Shown one piece after another: positions 31,405-32,000 of a stretch of 32,000 nucleotides of DNA. Where the stretch lies: the NCBI RefSeq assembly GCF_003044035.1, contig NZ_NVQC01000038.1:1-32000 (forward strand), given 5' to 3'. This DNA is from Candidatus Methylomirabilis limnetica (lineage in GTDB: Bacteria > Methylomirabilota > Methylomirabilia > Methylomirabilales > Methylomirabilaceae). The position numbers and the translations under genes were made by a program. Within the stretch, counting starts at the first letter, position 1. Each line of letters opens with the position of its first letter. Below the pieces are notes generated by a model, which saw only the letters and a list, made by a program, of their open reading frames with translations, was not told the DNA's origin and searched no databases.

Positions 31405-32000
31405 TCAGTCCGGTTGTTCTACGATCCGGTAAAGGGTGAGCTGTAACCGCCGACTGATCTTTAACTTATTGAATACATTGCTCACATGGGTCTTAACGGT
31501 CTTATAGCTGATCCCGAGCCGGGCGGCAATCTCTTTATTTGTCATACCCTGAATGACCCACCTCACGATCTCTTGCTCCCGATCCGTCAGGGCCTCTTGC
31601 ATCTCTGAGAGGGGGAGATTCATCTCTTGCGTCTTCTGACGCAAGCTTTCCAGCGCCTCGGCCAGGACCTTGCGCCCCGCCCAGATCTCTCCAATATAGG
31701 TGACCCGGATGGCCCTGATGAGATCCTTGTGGTTGAGTGGTTTCGATAAATATCCTTTGGCACCCAGTTGTAAAGCCTGGCTCACGAACTCATCTTCAGG
31801 CAATCCGGAGAGGATCAACACATGTGTTCGGGAGGATTTCTCGCGGATCATGGGGAGCGCCTCAAGCCCACCCATCTCCGGCATGCTCACATCCAAGAGC
31901 AGAATATCCGGCTGAAGGACTTCCGCTAGCCTTATGGCTTGGAGACCATCCGCCGCCTCGCCGACCACGGAAATGTCGGGCTCTTGCGCCAACAGCGTCC
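31405..32000 (-). CDS. NarL/FixJ-family response regulator (REC + LuxR-type HTH), N-terminus beyond window end
   Basis: It contains ILLLDVSMPEMGG, VLILSGL and GYLSKP, followed by the HTH LTDREQEIVRWVIQGMTNKEIAARLGISYKTVKTHVSNVFNKLKI. The frame stays open to position 32000 (..TLLAQEPDISVVGEA), and the track start at 31992 is just an internal TTG. Confidence 0.9.
   Translation of the reverse strand, partial: TLLAQEPDISVVGEAADGLQAIRLAEVLQPDILLLDVSMPEMGGLEALPMIREKSSRTHVLILSGLPEDEFVSQALQLGAKGYLSKPLNHKDLIRAIRVTYIGEIWAGRKVLAEALESLRQKTQEMNLPLSEMQEALTDREQEIVRWVIQGMTNKEIAARLGISYKTVKTHVSNVFNKLKISRRLQLTLYRIVEQPD

Overview
All credible genes in this 32-kb window are on the minus strand. The window is a Wzx/Wzy-type extracellular polysaccharide (capsule or O-antigen-like) biosynthesis and export locus from a moderately GC-rich, Gram-negative-type genome. 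Reading in the direction of transcription (32 kb down to 1): two NarL-type receiver proteins, one of them lacking an HTH; a secreted FecR-like protein with a tandem Trp-rich repeat; a Wza-like exporter; a Wzc-like co-polymerase/tyrosine kinase; a TPR+CBM protein; an island of small toxin-antitoxin-like gene pairs that surrounds a DegT-type aminotransferase; a 956-aa fusion of a PglC-type phosphoglycosyltransferase, a PglF/CapD-type 4,6-dehydratase and a receiver domain; a FemAB-like acyltransferase; a Wzx flippase; an AsnB-like enzyme lacking the Cys nucleophile; four GT4-type glycosyltransferases plus a truncated GT2; a Wzy/O-antigen-ligase-like protein; and one AT-rich, foreign-looking gene. 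The locus shows decay and remodelling. An IS21-family element at the left edge (its istA is missing from the ORF track because it runs off the window) truncates the GT2 gene. A decayed IS256-family element still has inverted repeats and a candidate 9-bp target duplication. There is a remnant of a second flippase and a chimeric oxidoreductase/methyltransferase pseudogene. From about 15.6 kb to 29.3 kb almost every intergenic gap is filled by several families of GC-rich hairpin repeats in a fixed orientation. These repeats create many spurious ORFs in the track, supply the stop codon of the Wzc-like gene, and contain the likely start codon of the Wza-like gene. I consider the most interesting items to be the three-domain initiating enzyme with a built-in receiver, the repeat-delimited TA-like island splitting a bacillosamine-type sugar pathway, and the repeat system itself. 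All family assignments come from motif recognition by eye; no database search was possible.
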